From: Haliotis rubra
Taxonomy: Eukaryota
DNA: 64,000 bases
NCBI RefSeq assembly: GCF_003918875.1
Contig: NW_025765346.1
Span: forward strand, 124,001 to 188,000
Direction of reading: 5' to 3'
Position numbers and translations under genes: made by a program. The notes below the pieces were generated by a model. It worked only from the letters and a program-made list of their open reading frames with translations, was not told where the DNA came from and ran no database searches. Each line of letters opens with the position of its first letter. The stretch's first letter is position 1. Positions 25,647-39,200 of the stretch are shown here, piece by piece.

Positions 25647-25879
25647 CAAACACACCCAGAAACATCAGATGCGTTAAAGTTTTTTCCAGGACATAAGGGG
25701 CAAAACTCGTCGTGCACGAGTGTGGATAAGGCTGGGAGAAAGATTTCAGGATTCCATCGTTGACCACTCCATGGTCATGATCATTAGTTAGAGGCTCATT
25801 CGTGATTTCTGGCAGGATTAGTCGAATTAGAAAGAACCGCTACAGGTGTGAACTACAGTGATGGTATCGGACTTCACTG

Positions 25880-26025
25880 CATCCATGTTGATGGTAACGC
25901 TCGACTTCATTGTGCCATGTTCGTTGATGTCCACCGGTGTCCGTTATGTGGACAAGCACTAGTCACTTGTCCTCGATCAAACCCAATGAGCACATCTGGA
26001 ATGAGCTGCAGGGGACATTCTCATG
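25880..26025 (+). mobile_element. Tc1 transposase relic (C-terminal DDE region)
   Basis: HVDGNARLH (QDDNARPH-like) and P.xNPxEHIWNEL (SPDLNPIEHLW-like) across frameshifts. Confidence 0.55.
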
Positions 26026-26581
26026 ACGCCTTGTCAATCAGGGGACGGCATGTAAAGTGGAAAATGCTTTTACTGAAGAGTGAATGGGTGAGTTTAGTTT
26101 TACGCCTCTTTTAGCAATTTTCCAACAATATCACGACGGGGAACGCCAGAAATGGGCTTCACACATTGTGCCCTTGTGGGTAATCGAACCTGGGTCTTCA
26201 GTGTGAAGAGCGGACGCTTTAACCATTAGGTTACCCCGCCGCCCCTACTGAAGAGTGAATCACTCGAATCCATACACACCCTTACTGAGAGCATAAGACA
26301 ATGTTGATTTTCTTCGATCGCACCCTGTTGAGAGATGGTGTTTTTGTACAATGACTTTAATTTCGTAATATATCACTGTTTCTCCTTGGGTTAGATTATT
26401 GTTCACATGCTACTTTGTCGCAGGGTGTGGCCCATGACAACGGACTGTTGTTCATTAAACTTGTCTGCACTGACTGTGTTTTTACCTGGTTCAAAACGTG
26501 TATAAAGTATCACACGCGTTATCTCTTTTAGCTGGATTGGCACATGGTTGACTATGTGATTTCCCTGGTTCAAAATGTGAT

Positions 26582-26775
26582 AACCTTGTTGATCAGCTTC
26601 CGAACCTTTTCTTGTTTGTTGGGGACGTAATTGTGGGGTACAGCAAGTCACAATGGCAAAGGTAAAGTGCTTAAAGAATTGCTCCAGAAACACAACTTAT
26701 GTTTGTGTAACGATGGTAGAAACATACATATACATCCAGCAACAGGAACATACTCTGTCATAGACCGATCTATTT
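26582..26775 (+). mobile_element. I/Nimb-group LINE endonuclease fragment
   Basis: NLVDQLP..FLFVGD, then WGTASHNGKGKVLKELLQKHNLCLCNDG....HPATGTYSVID. Confidence 0.7.
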
Positions 26776-26945
26776 GATATCTTCTTCTTTATTAATGAAT
26801 TTCCATGGTTCCCGAGTACTTTGGCTGACCCACTTTCTTCTAAATGGAAATTTACTAAGACGGACTGAGACACATTCAGAACTTAGTGTGAGGCTATACA
26901 TTTGGAATTTTATATTGGTGAAACTGACCCATAAAATGGTTTTCG

Positions 26946-27430
26946 GAGGCCTCATACTGCTAACTTCGTGCAACACTTCCTTAACGTCAACAACGTTCAC
27001 ACGTGACCCTTACCCGCAGAACGTAATCCCATAGAGAACCTTCGGGAGATCATGTGCAGACGGCAACAACGTTCACACGTTACCCGCAGAACGTAATCCC
27101 ATAGAGAACCTTCGGGAGATCATGTGCAGACGGCAACAACGTTCACACGTTACCCGCAGAACGTAATCCCATAGAGAACCTTCGGGAGATCATGTGCAGA
27201 CGGCAACAACGTTCACACGTTACCCGCAGAACGTAATCCCATAGAGAACCTTCGGGAGATCATGTGCTGACGGCAACAACAACCTCCCAATCCCGGATGA
27301 ACTAATTGAATCCTGGGACACCAGGAAGAATGGCGATACATCCCATGTGCCGTCATCAGGTGACTGACAAATGCAGTGACGCATAAGACCACCTATGATC
27401 AAGTTCTGCCGAGCTGACCATTTGGACTTG
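26946..27430 (+). mobile_element. Tc1 transposase relic containing a 70-bp tandem repeat (~4 copies)
   Basis: RPHTANFVQHFL..NNV..PLPA, repeated NPIENLREIMCRR, then EEWRYIP. The unit recurs at 27061, 27131, 27201 and 27271. Confidence 0.75.
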
Positions 27431-29649
27431 TAATGAAACAAATGCTTTATGTACCCCATGTGGACATTACAAGCCACATTTATAAATTGTTCATTGTATT
27501 GTTATGAAGGCTTTAGCAGATAATGATGTTGACAATACCGTTTATTATGGTCATGTTTGTTTTGCTGTTTTCTCTTCGCTATCGAGCTTCAAAAGGTGTT
27601 CAGAAAATGGATATACATCTTTTTAAATCCAAAACTAAAGTGGTACACGGAGGCGAATTCAAGGATATAATTCTTTAATCAGCGTTTAATATCTCTGACC
27701 GACATTAAATATTCAAAAATGGCATGCCTAAATCAACTGAATTTATTGAAAAATGTTTTCCATCTTGGCAGGGGACTAGTCCACCCTTTTTCACATGTAT
27801 CGAGTATTTTTCGGTAACTCGATTATGGCTACATCGTCTATGCTGCAACTTGCAAAAGCAGCCTTAAACTAGTATATTCTGAGCATTAAAAAATGTCTTC
27901 TTGTTGATGTGTTCGGAAATGGCGAATATGAGGTCGAGTGTGTTGACTGACGTTTAGGTCTTTTTGAGTCTTGTGTTGAGGGGTCTGAGGGTTACATCGT
28001 TGTATGTGTCGCTACCATTGCAGGGAATCTAGTATACACATACTCTGGGGTAGGGACACGAGTCGCTGGTGCCTCTGTCATTGGCGTGCAGGAGGGTTTT
28101 GCTGCTGCTGAGACGACAGATTGGATCCCCATCATGTGGGAAGCCACTAAAGTCCTATTGACCACCACCAACAAGAAGAAACACTACAAGAGGCCACAGA
28201 CATCAGTGGATCAACCATGGCCATGGGATATACATGACTTGTTAATATAATCATCACTGTTGGCTTCCCTTGTATTTGTGTTATTCACTAGTTTGGCCTG
28301 GATATATTCATGCCTCTCATTTGTTTATAATGATTTACCTTGTTACATGCCACCATTGTGATCGCATCATCCATGCTTGGATTAATATTCCCTGGCTTCC
28401 ATTGGTCCATCCACCTTACCCATTTAGCGCAAATTAACTACCGACTTCCCTTGTTATCATATCACTATTGGTATTTCACATGCACATATATAGCTATCTT
28501 TCCCGTCAATACATCTTGCCCAGCCCTTCATACAACTATTTTTTTAAATTCTCTTCCTGAAGATCTGTGCAATAAGAAATCTTCTATTTTGCCGCAATCT
28601 AGGAATGAGAATTAAACCTTTTATTTCTGCTGCTCACATTGAGCACGAAAATAGTCTCCTTTTCGATTGCTTTCTTCTCTCCCGTGGCAATTGGTCAGAC
28701 CACTGCTGGATCGTGCCTCAATTAAAATTAGAGGCATCTGAAGTAACGGAATCAGCAAAATATAATCAGCTAAGAAGCAATTTGGAAGATTTCACACTCT
28801 GTATGTTCAGACAACACCAATGTCATTGGATCCAAAACTTTTTACACTGCGTTTAATACTCTTAACGCATTAATTCCCAAACTAATTGCATATTTTCAAA
28901 TGTAGTTTATTGGTTATTATGAGCTTAACTGAGGGTTGTTTTTAATGTAGAATGATGCATATGTTTTGAGAAATTGCAAAATATGTCTGTGCTTTGTCTC
29001 TGCGAATGCAAGGGGCGAATGTCCCCAAGTTTCAAGTACATTTTTAAAGAAAAGCATATTCATAATAACTCCCCCTCTTAAAATACATACATAATACGAA
29101 ATTCAATTTCAGACATTTTGTGGTAGATTTTATCAAACATTTAAAATCAACATGAAAATCAATTTAATGGGTATTTCATTTATTCATTTCAAAAGTCTCA
29201 AACAATTTCCCAGATGATCACTGTGACAGTAAGGCACATAATGATAATAATACATTTGACACAAACAACAAATACTTTTGTTATTTCATTGAGAGGGAAC
29301 GTCTGATAATATCTGATATAATCAGATACTCGTGTCAAGTTTCCATAAGCAACATCTTCATCTTCAGAAACTGACTAAAAGAATGTGTTGCGAAGATTTC
29401 TGTCCATACACGGCCAAGAAATGGAAAGTGAGTGAGTGAGTTCCGCACTAGGCAATATTCCAGCTATATGGTGGCCGTCTGTATATAATCGAGTCTGGAC
29501 CAGACAATCAAGTGATTAACAGCATGAGCATCGATCTGCGCAATTGGGAACCGATGACATGTGTCAACCACGCCAGCGAGCCTGACCACCCGACCCCTCT
29601 TACGACGAACATGGGCTACTGAAGGTTCATTCTAACCCGGACCTTCACG

Positions 29650-30830
29650 AGTAGAAATGGAAAGCTTCATAGCAGTGCATTGAAAACCACAATACCACAT
29701 TACTTGCATGTTTACGCGTGGTCTTTTCTGCAGTGTGTACACTTTCGCTGTGTAAGCATCTCCCCCTCATAGCGTGACCCTGGACATCAGTGGGTGGAAT
29801 GCTTCTGGGGGGAAGACAGTGTCCAGTGAAATTTGGTTGTCGGTAATAGCAGACCAGAACCTTGCCTAAAATATCGTCATTCCAGATTACAATCTGGTGC
29901 CTAACAAAGGCATAGTCGATAGCTTCTCGTGGCACTTTCTTCATTTCCTTAGGGCTCATGACTGGACATTTTAAAAATGTATGTGTCAGCATTGAACCAG
30001 GCCCCGATTTCTCGAAACAAACTTAAGTCTGAGTTTTGACTTAAGTTAGAGTTTTTACTCTTTGAGAAAACGCTGTTAAATTCATTTCCAAGAAAGAACT
30101 GAAATCGATATCAACTCAAATTTAGAAGACAATTTGAGTTTGGTGGAAAGATTTCGTAAGTTGTTTGGGCCTTTTTATTGCAAAAATGCAGTTGAATGCA
30201 GAGGAATGTTTGAAATTTCAGTTTGAAATTTTAGTAAACACTTGTTTGTTTCGAGAAGTCGGGGCCAGTTCCTGCAACACCCTTTGCAGAAAGATAATCC
30301 AGTAGTTTAAAAGAGGTGAAGAAATGACCAAGTATAAGATGGCAAGGAAAGCCAAGCGGTTAACAACTACAGAACCTCCTAGTCCTAGATCTGGATCACT
30401 CGTGATACCTTCGGCTTGATGTGGCTCAAACTGCACAGAATATCCCGAGGGCGTAGCGAGAACCCTGAACGTGAATTCAAATAGAACAATCTTTCCTCCT
30501 ACGAACCGTTTAGCAGAGAGGCGGCCATAGTAAGGTACTACTGATTCGTTTACAGATAAATGGTGAACATCAGAATCAGTGAGCGTCCATTTATCATGGC
30601 ATCAAAGGTCGCACCTTTCCAAACTGACCACGGTCAGGCAAGTTCTGATTGCCGGGATGAAAGGTAGCAGAATATCTTTCCAAACCTGTTTCATTAAATC
30701 GTAGACGTAAGAGCTTCACTGTAACTATCTTCATTCTGTTCCAAGTACATGCTTCGACTCAATAAAACAGTATACCTAGATATGAGCAGAATTGCACGAA
30801 AAAGCTTCATCTCTTCTTTGTCTGCCTTGA
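29650..30830 (-). mobile_element. piggyBac (PGBD2/3-like) transposase relic
   Basis: Frameshifted fragments EMKLFRAILLISRY, QFGKVRPL, LSVNESVVPYYGR...ATPSGYSVQFEPHQ...DLGLGGSVV, HFFTSFKLL...GVAGTG, KCPVMSPKEMKK..R...DY...WND, and a Cys-rich C-terminus CTHC...HCYEAFH. Confidence 0.8.
30001..30265. mobile_element. PIF/Harbinger-type MITE nested in the piggyBac relic
   Basis: Terminal inverted repeats (TIRs) GCCCCGATTTCTCGAAAC / GTTTCGAGAAGTCGGGGC. CAG target-site duplication (TSD) at 29998-30000 and 30266-30268. Removing it rejoins the transposase GTG motif. Confidence 0.8.
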
Positions 30831-33254
30831 ACACATGATATCCGTCATCCCTAGAGGCATGAAACGTGTCATTTCAGCAAACAATGTTAATACACCGGGC
30901 AGGTTGCCATTGACGCTGGTTTTAACGCTCCTCTGGTAAATTATTCTCAACCCAGCCACGTCCTGAATTGATGTTGCTCGAGTAAAATACACAGAAGAGA
31001 ATATTTATATGGAACTCGTAGATATCTAAGGTAGATATTTTCCAAACGTTAACAGGAGATCTTGCTGATCGTCTGAAACCCGCCACCAGTTTGGTTTTTC
31101 ACAAAGTGCCAAAGCCCCCCAACACCGACTAAAGTGGAATATCTCGAACAACTACTGCACCCTTGCATACTGGAGTCTCTCTAGTGGCTCAGCCAGAAAT
31201 ACAAAGAGCCGTATGTGTCAGTATTTGTTTTCAGGATAACTTTGAGAATGTGCACCCGACTAGGGTTAATGTATATCTGCGTGATCATTACACAAATCAA
31301 TCTTCACTAATTCCGCGTCTCGGAACAAGAGTTCAACCTGATATTTCTCCTTGAGGACTAAAGGTACTCCAGCCACACTCCCCTGTGGAATTCGCACCAT
31401 CCCTTAAGCTCCAGGCCATTCAACGTAAGTAAGATTCACAATACTGCGCTCGTTAAATACATAAACAGTACCGTAAAGGGTTAGTGCATACCATGTCTCT
31501 AACAAAAGGCTTCTTTTTCTGGATTTGAACGGATTAAACAAAACCAGTTCAACCAGTGGAAGTAATTCATACTGTGTACAACACCCAGCAATCTAATCAT
31601 CGACATAAACATTACTTCTGTCATGATAGCTAATTTTCAGTCCCATGTAAGAAATACCTATGGTATAGAAAACATATCACATACAGAACCGTGTATATAA
31701 GCATTACGAATCTATTTTGTGATACCGAATATATCAGGTTTTTGTGCGTGGTACAATGCCAAGTGGTGAAGGGCGGCGGGGTAGCCTAGTGGTTAAAGTG
31801 TTCGTTCGTCACGCCGAGGATCCGGTTCGATTCCGGTACAACACCTATCTATTCTGTCCAAACTGGAGCACTCCACTCACGCAGAAGCAGACCAAACAAA
31901 ACACACACATACACGTGCACGTATGGGAAGGTAAATATAGTGAACTGCTTAACACAAGGATATTTACTGGTTTAAACATATTTCATTTATATGAATAATG
32001 AACAGGATTGGGAAACAAACCAAGGCTTATCTTAATTCCGCAACAATATCAAAGCATTGATTACATAATCGATGTTTGTGTGTTTGTGACATATCAACAC
32101 TAAGACACAGAAATAATCAAGTGACATTGAATTTGATCAAATGAAATAAATTCGTTCACAGCTGGTTTACAGTTAAGTAGTACATTCCATTTCGGTATAT
32201 TACTTCTTAAATCTTAGATCGGCAAGAATAAAACAATGAACAAATTAAACAATTCGCTAATCCAGCTATCCATTTCAACCCACATGACATGACCCAAGTT
32301 GTCCTCGAATATTGACTCGTCACGCTGTCAGCGTTAACCTGTCAAGTGATGAGTATTGACTTACTGTTACAAAACACGAAGACGCCTGGTACTAACGACT
32401 TACAGTTCTAGGTTAATGTAAAGATACAGAGATAGGGTGAAGGGTTGTATAAACTGACTGACATAAGTGACTTTCGGTACAACAAAACGACTGATTACTG
32501 TTCTGTCTGTGAAAAAATTACCAGGAGATCAGGATCTTGCCGCCGGTTGGGTCTGGTCAGATCAGCCCAACACAGGGTTGGGTCCGCGGGTCCTTGTTTT
32601 CTGCATAATTACTTATTCATTGTACATATTTGTGATTGGTAACAAAGAGTGAGAGAGTGAGCTTAGTTTTACGTAGCATTTAGTGATATTCCAGCAAAAT
32701 CACGCCGGTGTACACCAGAAATGGGCTTCACACAGTCTAAAAATATATAGAATCGAACCCTGATCTTAACAAGATGAGCGAACACATTAACCACTAGGCT
32801 ACCCCGTCGCCCCTGGTAACAAAGATGCGTGACCACGTGTTGTCAGCTTGGGTTTCAGCAATCTGGTATGTAACTCCATAGCAGATGTTTTATATGTATT
32901 CCATAACTGAACTAATTACAATATTTTTCCCTGCACGTTCTCCTCATCAAAAGCAATTATTTGTATAGCATTGCGATGTTTGTTTGGAGTGAGTGAGTGG
33001 GTTTGGTTTTACGCAACATTTAGCAAAATTGTAGAAATGGTCTTCACACATTGTACCCAGGTGGGGAGTCAAACCCGGGTTTTCAGCGTGATGAGCGAAC
33101 GCCTTTACTACTAGGCTATCCCATCGCCTCCATTGTTTCAAACTTAACTTATTTACAGTGTATGGTATATGGTCAACAACAAAGTGTAGCTTCTGATTAA
33201 TGGTTTCAAGTAAACAATCGGAAATGGAATTTAGAGTAGTTTAACATGGTCGGA

Positions 33255-36200
33255 TCAGGCTTTGCAATCTCTGGAAAACTGGGCCATAATTGTACGATCC
33301 GTTTCTATTCTGTAGTCTGATGCGGCAACAGTCAGGAGAGTTTGGGTGGTGAGGTCACATCTCCCGTCAGAGGCACGCCTATCAGCTGTCCTGCAGACAA
33401 AGGCGACATGATTGGTGCAGTGGTCCATGCACTGTTGTTCAGTCACCCCGGTGTAGGTAGCCATGTTGTTGTGGGCTATAAAGTAGCCACGTATTGTAGT
33501 GTAATGAGGACCGTACTCCGTACATGCTGCAAATAAATTAGCTAAGTTGTTTATTTCTGTAACATGATGTGGACGATGCTTAGTGTAAGTGTACTCAAAA
33601 TGAAGTCAGATGAATGTCAATTAAAGACTAGTTGAAGGTTGATGATGACAGAATAGTCAGACAGACAGACATATTGCCCATATTACAAAAGGGTTTTAAC
33701 AGGTGTATTCATGCTGGACACATTACAGGTATCTTGTCACGGGACGAGACAACAACAAAAAATCTCTCGTAAAATAACAACAGAGATGCTACACTAAACT
33801 ATCACACAATATTTCAGCATATATACTGAAGATCTAATTATAATTTGTTGTATTTCTTATCCTAAAGACTTTTTATATGTGACAGAATAGTTTCCACATT
33901 GAACAGAAGCCCGCCAATAACTTTTGTTCACTCCCCAATAGTTTGATTCTTCTGCACAAGACAGTCGTCAAACCCGATTATGGTCTTTACACAGAAAACT
34001 CAGCAAGAAATATGGTACATGCACCAGGTCAGTATTTACGGAATTGAAATAAAAGGGATTTCCAAACACACTTAAAGCAAATCCTTTACAAATTAGAAGA
34101 AATATTATTTCATGCATACTCGAAACACAAGTCTTTTGTTGAGGTGAGAATGCCAGTCCAGGGTCACACATGCACTCTGAGTTGACACAGACGGAACTTG
34201 CCACGTAACAGTCTGCGTTGTTCTGACACGAAGATCCAATAAAGCCTTGAAAACAAATTAAAATGAAATCAACATTGAATGTATTTAAAAATATGAACCA
34301 ATATCTATTGCATCGCGTAAGATATAAAGGTTAAAAAGAGTAACCTCATTAAAATATTGTCTTAAAAGAAGTTGAAAAATAGTAAGAGTATATAAAAAGA
34401 ATAGGAGTCAAGATTACTGAAAACACTGAGGCAAAACCCATCAGTCGGCTCGATTTCTCGACACAAACCTAAGTTTTTACTCAACTGCATTAATTTTTAA
34501 AATATAAAAGCCCAAACAACTTACGTAATCTACAGATAAACGCAAATTGTCTATTCAGTTTGAGTTTAATATCGATTTCAGTTCATTCTGGGAATTCAGT
34601 TAATTTTCCTGCGTTTATTCAAAAGTGAGTAAAAACTCTAAATTCAGTCAAAACTCAGACTTAAGGTTGTTTCCAGAAATCGAGGCCATATGAACTAATT
34701 CCCAACATGTTGTATAATCATATACACCACTTGGCATAGTATATTATTTTTATTGCTTTGTTATGCCTGAGTAGATAAACTGATAATGAACTAAATGTGC
34801 CATTCTGTCAATTATTTATGCTCATCCGTGTCCCCTTGCTTCCACCAACCAGATCTCTTTACCGTAACAGATGTTGCAAACCTTGGACCTGATATTAACA
34901 TAACATGAAAGGTCATAATGTTGCTGTAGTGTTAAACACAAGAATATGTTCAATGACAGGACAGCGTAAGGAAAGTCCTGCTTTTGTTTCATGAAGGTCA
35001 TTGTGTTACCTACCAGTAAGAAAGCGTTTGAGCTGTCATTATATGTTGCTTACCAGTAAGGAAGCGTTTGAGCTGTCATTATATGTTGCCTACCAGTATG
35101 AAAGTGTTTGAGCTGTCATTATATGAAGCCTACCAGTAAGGAAGCGTTTGAGCTGTCATTATATGTTGCCTACCAGTAAGGAAGCGTTTGAGCTGTCATT
35201 ACATGTTGCCTACCAGTATGAAAGCGTTTGAGCTGTCATTATATGAAGCCTACCAGTAAGGAAACGTTTGAGCTGTCATTATATGTTGCCTACCAGTATG
35301 AAAGTGTTTGAGCTGTCATTACATGTTGCCTTCCAGTAAGATAGCGTTTGAGCTGTCATTATATGTTGCTTACCAGTAAGGAAGCGTTTGAGCTGTCTTT
35401 ATATGCTGCCTACCAGTATGAAAGTGTTTGAGCTGTCATTATATGAAGCCTACCAGTAAGGAAGCGTTTGAGCTGTCATTATATGTTGCCTACCAGTAAG
35501 GAAGCGTTTGAGCTGTCATTATATGTTGCCTACCAGTAAGGAAGCGTTTGAGCTGTCATTATATGTTGCCTACCAGTAAGGAAGCGTTTGAGCTGTCATT
35601 ATATGTTGCCTACCAGTAAGGAAGCGTTTGAGCTGTCATTATATGTTGCCTACCAGTAAGGAAGCGTTTGAGCTGTCATTATATGAAGCCTACCAGTAAG
35701 GAAGCGTTTGAGCTGTCATTATATGTTGCCTACCAGTAAGGAAGCGTTTGAGCTGTCATTATATGTTGCCTACCAGTATGAAAGTGTTTGAGCTGTCATT
35801 ATATGAAGCCTACCAGTAAGGAAGCGTTTGAGCTGTCATTATATGTTGCCTACCAGTAAGGAAGCGTTTGAGCTGTCATTATATGTTGCCTACCAGTATG
35901 AAAGTGTTTGAGATGTTGTCACCATATGAAGCGTTTGAGCTGTCACCAGCCTACCACCAGTAGGAAGCGTTTGAGCTGTCATTATATGTTGCCTACCAGT
36001 AAGGAAGCGTTTGAGCTGTCATTATATGTTGCCTACCAGTATGAAAGTGTTTGAGCTGTCATTATATTTTGCCTACCAGTATGAAAGTGTTTGAGCTGTC
36101 ATTACATGTTGCCTACCAGTAAGATAGCGTTTGAGCTGTCATTATATGTTGCCTACCAGTAAGGAAGCGTTTGAGCTGTCATTATATGTTGCCTACCAGT

Positions 36201-39200
36201 ATGAAAGTGTTTGAGCTGTCATTATATGAAGCCTACCAGTAAGGAAGCGTTTGAGCTGTCATTATATGTTGCCTACCAGTAAGGAAGCGTTTGAGCTGTC
36301 ATTATATGTTGCCTACCAGTAAGGAAGCGTTTGAGCTGTCATTATATGTTGCCTACCAGTAAGGAAGCGTTTGAGCTGTCATTATATGTTGCCTACCAGT
36401 AAGGAAGCGTTTGAGCTGTCATTATATGTTGCCTACCAGTAAGGAAGCGTTTGAGCTGTCATTATATGAAGCCTACCAGTAAGGAAAGGAAGCGTTTGAG
36501 CTGTCATTATATGTTGCCTACCAGTATGAAAGTGTTTGAGCTGTCATTATATGAAGCCTACCAGTAAGGAAGCGTTTGAGCTGTCATTATATGTTGCCTA
36601 CCAGTAAGGAAGCGTTTGAGCTGTCATTACATGTTGCCTACCAGTATGAAAGTGTTTGAGCTGTCATTATATGAAGCCTACCAGTAAGGAAGCGTTTGAG
36701 CTGTCATTATATGAAGCCTACCAGTAAGGAAGCGTTTGAGCTGTCATGTTGCCATATATGTTGCCTACCAGTATGGAAGTGTTTGAGCTGTCATTATATG
36801 TTGCCTACCAGTAAGAAAGCGTTTGAGCTGTCATTATATGTTGCCTACCAGTAAGGAAGCGTTTGAGCTGTCATTATATGTTGCCTACCAGTAAGGAAGC
36901 GTTTGAGCTGTCATTATATGTTGCCTACCAGTATGAAAGTGTTTGAGCTGTCATTATATGAAGCCTACCAGTAAGGAAGCGTTTGAGCTGTCATTATATG
37001 TTGCCTACCAGTAAGGAAGCGTTTGGGCTGTCATTATATGTTGCCTACCAGTAAGGAAGCGTTTGAGCTGTCATTATATGTTGCCTACCAGTATGAAAGT
37101 GTTTGAGCTGTCATTATATTTTGCCTACCAGTATGAAAGTGTTTGAGCTGTCATTATATGTTGCCTACCAGTAAGGAAGCGTTTGAGCTGTCATTATATG
37201 CTGCCTACCAGTATGAAAGTGTTTGAGCTGTCATTATATGAAGCCTACCAGTAAGGAAGCGTTTGAGCTGTCATTATATGTTGCCTACCAGTAAGGAAGC
37301 GTTTGAGCTGTCATTATATGTTGCCTACCAGTAAGAAAGCGTTTGAGCTGTCATTATATGTTGCCTACCAGTAAGATGGCGTTTGAGCTGTCATTATGTG
37401 TTGCCTACCAGTAAGGAAGCGTTTGAGCTGTCATTATCTGTTGCCTACCAGTAAGGAAGCGTTTGAGCTGTCATTATATGAAGCCTACCAGTATGAAAGC
37501 CTGCCAGTATGTTATCTTCTAGGAGATAACAATCTATTTTTAAGTATGTGCTGCAGAATTGGCAAATTGAATGAAAATGGGCGACGTGTCAAGCACACAC
37601 AAAAATCCGAGTGACACTAAGTCTTTCTTCCGGACCAAACCTCAGGACATGGTGTCCTGGAAACAATCCAGTCCATGTAATGGCAAAGGATTCACCTTAT
37701 TAGTACAAGACGGTTCCATCTCTTGTAACCTACTGCAGGCCTGCTGCTGAATCAGATTCCAACCAAAGAAAATGAACGACGCCGAGACAGTCTAACAAAG
37801 AGACTGCAGGAGAACAGAAAGTTGGCAACCAATATTTCCGTTGGGAAGTCTTGGATCAAGACATACAGAAAGTAAATCAGAGTCATCGCCTTGCTCAAAC
37901 GCAGACTCGGTCGCAGTCAAACACATAGAATCGATTTTTGAGGCTAATTTCTCACATGGTAATCTCACGAACAAATAAATCACTTGAAGTAATGCAACAT
38001 TGTCCAACCTGATACGTGTGCCTTCCACTGACCAGAGCACAAGCCAAGTTTGTTAACTGACACCGCACTATGGATCAATTGAGGCATTCTTTATGTATGT
38101 TGAATAAGAATAGATAAACATAATGAAATGGTAGAAAGGTTCCAAGGTCCGGACATAAAGGCATTATCTTGGCAAAGGCATTAATTGGCATCCGACTGTA
38201 ATGGCTTCTGGGGGATGTGGACAGTATCCATTTGTTAAACAGTTCCGTGAAATGCATAAAATACTGGCTAAAACTATTACATATGACATCTAATAGACTT
38301 TCACACAAATGCCATTGAATCTGGATTCAGTTGGTGAACAGAACTGGACAAGTACATCTTTAGTTCAAGTCTGGGCACTCGTCACGATATGGCTGAAATA
38401 TTGCCGACGTGACGTAAATATTAACTCACTCACTCAAGTCTGGGCATGAGTCTAGGCTATGCACATTGTTGGATGTTTAGTTATTTTTCGTAATCCTTTT
38501 TGAAGCCAGAATGAAAATATGTACAGCAGGAATGAATGAACACATACGTTAGCATCTATCAGAGATGAATATTATCCAAGTTTTAAGATAAGCCAAGAAG
38601 CAGAGAAATGTGTAATATACTCGCCCTTGTATACAGTTGCTACCGACTTTGCATGACCTTAGAAGACATGGTATTTCCGTATAAGGCATACTATTTATAC
38701 AAGGAAATATCACAAAATTACACAATCTGAAATATTTCAAGCTCATGTGTCTATTTCTTTCAACACATACCAAAGATGTTATTCAGCACCCAGGAAAACA
38801 GTTTCTTGGGAGGGAAAGACTCATTTTACATTAGTCCCTTCGAGGATTTAATCTTTCATCTTTCAATGGTTATTTATAGGTACATGGCTAATTGCATGAA
38901 CGGCATCGCCGTATTATGAGCTGTTTACGTCTTACCAATAATCGTGGAAGAAAAATACCGACAGTTGGTTTCATGCCATGTAATTGTTCATATTAAAAAA
39001 GAGTTTCAGTGTTACTGAATATGTTTCGAAGTGGCGATCCTGCCACAGACAGTATGTCATCAATGCTTCAAATATCACGAAAACAAAACATATGAAAAAT
39101 ATGTTTTGAAGTCCACGCACGTGTACCAGAAAAACAAAACACAAAAAAGACATTTTATAGGAGTCTACGTGTTTCAGAATAAGGTTAAAACAAGCAAACG

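Noticed and set aside
35003-37500. Regular array resembling CRISPR
   Set aside because: Head-to-tail units with no unique spacers, no cas genes and a eukaryotic context.
37590-38350. Possible CR1-type RT remnants on the minus strand
   Set aside because: Only faint motif echoes (KRWNRL); too degenerate to call without a search.
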